From positions 416,107-478,106 of the forward strand of contig NW_008806279.1 in assembly GCF_000400465.1 (NCBI RefSeq): 62,000 nucleotides of DNA. The letters run 5' to 3'. The notes under the pieces were generated by a model. It was given only the letters and a program-made list of their open reading frames with translations. It was not told where the DNA came from and ran no database searches. Position numbers and translations under genes: made by a program. Positions 59,001 through 62,000 of this stretch are shown in pieces. Position 1 is the first letter of the stretch, and each line of letters begins with the position of its first letter. The DNA is from Wallemia ichthyophaga EXF-994. Taxonomy: Eukaryota; Fungi; Basidiomycota.

Positions 59001-61745
59001 CCTATTCTCCATGTCTTTTGCGCTTGTGCTGGCGGCGACAGACTGCCTGCTGCGCTCGTGGATAAGCTCGCGCGCGGCAGCGCCGACACTCTGGCCGGTG
59101 AGAAGGAGGGTGGCGAGACCGGGCTGAGTGGCGACAATGGCAGCGCAGAGGGCCCACACATGGCCTCTGAGCTGGTCATCTGCGTAAGGGTCCGCGACGA
59201 TATCCACCAGCCCACGCACCGTGCTGTGCGGGTCAGCAAAAAAGCCAGCCAGCGAAGAGCTTGGTAGGGTGTAGGCGCAGAGGGCGGTGAGGAGGCGTGT
59301 CGACTGCAGGCGGATGGCGAGTGTGGAGTGTTTGCTGGCTATGTACACCGCTAGCATGTCTACCAGCTCCAGCTCCAATTCCAGCTCTTGGGTTTGTGTG
59401 TGGCCGCTGATCCCCCTTTCCTTCTCCTTCTCTCTCTCCTCACGCCGCACCGATGCGCCCGCTGCGCGTGCAACGGAGCGGTCGAAGAAGACTCGACGCA
59501 GGAGACTGCCTGGCTTGCGAGGGGTGTCCTCACTCTCAACCTCAACCTCCCCCTCGCTTTCACCCTCGCCCTCATCCTCACTAACGAGAAGGATATGGGC
59601 GAGTCTGAGGGTGCATTCCAGGAGATCTTCAGCGAGAGCGGCATCCTGATTTCTGCCAGCCTGTGCAAGTCTATCCACAGTATCAGCGCCGCCGGCGACT
59701 ACTCCCACAATAGGTGTGAGGGTAGAAGCATTCGCGTCTTTCAACAGACACTTCCCGACGAGGTTGTTAAGCGAGGGAAGAGTGATACGATCAGCGACGA
59801 TATCAGCATAAAGGCGAGTGAGGATGCCCCCCATAGCGAGTTTATCGGCGAGGTGCACATAACGCCAAGAGGCGTGCACGGCGTACACATCGGCAACGCT
59901 CCACGCCACAGCCCGCTCAAGCACGCCCCCCTTCAGACGCGTGAAAGCTGGTGTGGAGGTGAGGGTTGACTGCTGCGTCTCGGTGAAGAGAGCGTGTAGG
60001 AGTCGGAGCAGACTCAGTGTCATGCCATATACCCCGCTCGTGCGCTCGTGCATGACCACTGGCGACGATGGCGTGAATAGCGATGTGCTACCGCGCAGGA
60101 ATGTCCATACGCGTCCAGGGTACGATTGCAAGAGACTTGAAAGAATGTCGAGCGAGGCGGAGACTATGTTCGTGAGTGTTTGCTTGTTTGCTTGATTCCC
60201 ATTCCTGCGCCCCACCGTAGGTAGTGCCGATAGACATTTGTCGATCGTGGCAAATAGCACTGCTACTAGGTCCAGCCCTTCTCCGCGACCAGAATCACGC
60301 TCAGCGCTCCCGCCTATGTGCTCCACTAGTAGCGGCGCTATGTCAGGATTGCCGCTGAGAACCCCCCCTATCAAGTTCAACGAGGATAGAACGGCAGTGT
60401 CGTATAACTCGTCATTCTGTTGGAAAAGTGGTGCTGTAGAGCTGCCACGTGTGTTTGACCTAGCAGACAACCAGTCAGAGAGGAGCGTTCCAACGACATT
60501 CCAACCGCTGACAGGGACATCCCAGGATATCACAGCTGGCGGTTGGAGATTGAGAGGGCTGAGTTGACGGCCAATGGAGTGTAATGGGAGAGGGCTATGC
60601 AAGCCGGGTAGATTGCTGACATGGTTCGCTATTCGGATGAGTGGATCAGACTCGTCGTTGTGGGAGGAGGCGTCGAAGAGGGTGGTATAGGATGGCAGAG
60701 AGGAAAAGTAGAGAAAGACTCTTTCAGAAGCATGAGAAGCTTGCAGGAGAAGTTGGTGGTCTTGTGTGGGTGTGGATGAAGGTGAGACACCGGACAGAGA
60801 AATGAGGAGATTGAGGAGAGAGAAGAAGTCAAGGGGCCACCTTCCCCTAGCGATGTCTATAATGAGGGAGGCGGGCAGTTTAGAGTCGTATTGGAGCCAG
60901 AATTGATGGGCTAGGGGAGCAGAAATGGGCGTAGATGAAGAGGAGAGGAGGGAGGAGAAGGAATTGACTAAGCCATCAAAGTCGGAGATGAACGAAGGGT
61001 GTACTATGGACAGAGTGGCGTCCAGAAGACCCTTGAAAATGGATCTATATGCTAGTTGGTTGTAAGTGGAAGGGCGTTGGAAGGTGGGGGAGAGGGAGAA
61101 AGAGGAGAGTTTTTGGAACAAGTTGAAGGATGGGTGGAGGAGGTGGCTGTAAAGGAGCTGGTAAAGGGGTTGCGGGTGGTGTGTTGGGAGGAGAAGATCT
61201 CTAAGGGGGGAGAAGGAGGAAGGGAGGGGACTGCTGTATGATTGGATGGCGTGAGTGATCTTAGAGAGTGTATAGGACCAGGTGAGAAGGATAGAAGGGT
61301 CGTTAACTCGTTGTAGGATGGAGTTGTGGAGGTCGATGATGTTGTCCGGATGGTTGAGGTGTGCAATGGAGGAACCGTGGTCTACGCTGTAGGACAGACT
61401 TTCGACGTTGAACATTTCAATGACGAGGATGGTGAGGTGGTGGGTGAGTGGGCTGTCGTCGGATCTAGACAGTCGCAGGCTGAGTAGCTGATTGAAGTGA
61501 GTATCGGAAGGAGGATTTGAGTTGTAAAAGTGGGTAATTAGCTGGTTTGAGTAATTTAGAAAAGTGAGACATATAAAACGCGGTATTCAACGTACTAATT
61601 GGGTGATTAGGAGGGGGTCATTGGAGTTGCTGGGACTGTGACTGGAAAGAGATGTAGACAGGTTATTTATAAGAAGATTTAGAATATTTTCATCAAATTC
61701 GTCCAATTCGAGTAAATTATTCAAATTTAAATTATCAGATTCCAT
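56028..61745 (-). CDS. NUP188: Nuclear pore scaffold nucleoporin Nup188-like, multi-exon
   Basis: About 1,800 aa of helical solenoid over at least 5 exons, with segments such as LAYRSIFKGLL, ARGRWPLDFFSLLNLL, ERTSGVYGMTLSLL and NPWHTAWCRML that resemble fungal Nup188. Start codon inferred. Confidence 0.7.
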
Positions 61746-61782
61746 CGAATAGGACCAACGTCTTCTCGAAACGAACGGTGAT

Positions 61783-62000
61783 ATGTCACAGTGGGTTATA
61801 AGCAGGGAATATAAATATTTTATATTAATAAACCAATTAGACCAATTTTCTCCAAGGATTCCCAAGAAGAGAGAGGTGAGAATGCGCGTCTGTCTACGTT
61901 TGTGGGTGGAACAGCGTTAGGTGATTTAGTCAAGTCAACGCTTGGTCCAAAGGGAATGAACAAGATATTGCAATCTGGTACTGATGGTGGTATCACAGTG
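61783..62000 (+). CDS. CCT2: T-complex protein 1 subunit beta, 5' part (truncated by window edge)
   Basis: MSQ|[45 protein letters not shown]: the EERGENARL and [12 protein letters not shown] motifs of CCT-beta. Confidence 0.9.

Noticed and set aside
56053-60832. Many 60-190 aa ORFs antisense to or nested in NUP188 (also in TRS65, SMC4, ALA1)
   Set aside because: Expected by-products of GC-rich or biased coding sequence; no motifs or independent signals.

Overview
Eukaryotic (fungal) genomic DNA from a very compact basidiomycete-type genome: about 32 protein-coding genes, introns of roughly 40-60 nt, and intergenic gaps often under 160 nt. The style suggests Wallemia, but that is an inference, not a database result. 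Most genes are housekeeping: NAA50, SVF1, CWC16/CCDC130, TRS65, phocein/MOB4, ATG14-like, SER3/33, COQ1, VMA6, SNU114, a GCK-III kinase, SHO1, ALA1, MDJ1, SMC4, class I myosin, NUP188 and CCT2. No rRNA, tRNA or CRISPR could be supported. The best candidates for new biology are: (1) a secreted, Kex2-processed repeat precursor predicted to release His-rich peptides (11 His in 24 aa), encoded by near-identical 78-bp repeats (28899-29558); (2) a two-exon 41-aa secreted micro-peptide gene (22487-22665) that the ORF track does not show as such; (3) three diverged copies of an unidentified, formerly coding element in the only two gene-free gaps, two of them beside a decayed aldehyde dehydrogenase pseudogene; (4) an operon-like chain of six same-strand genes separated by 49-158 nt. 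Exon boundaries were read by eye, so gene ends are approximate where noted.
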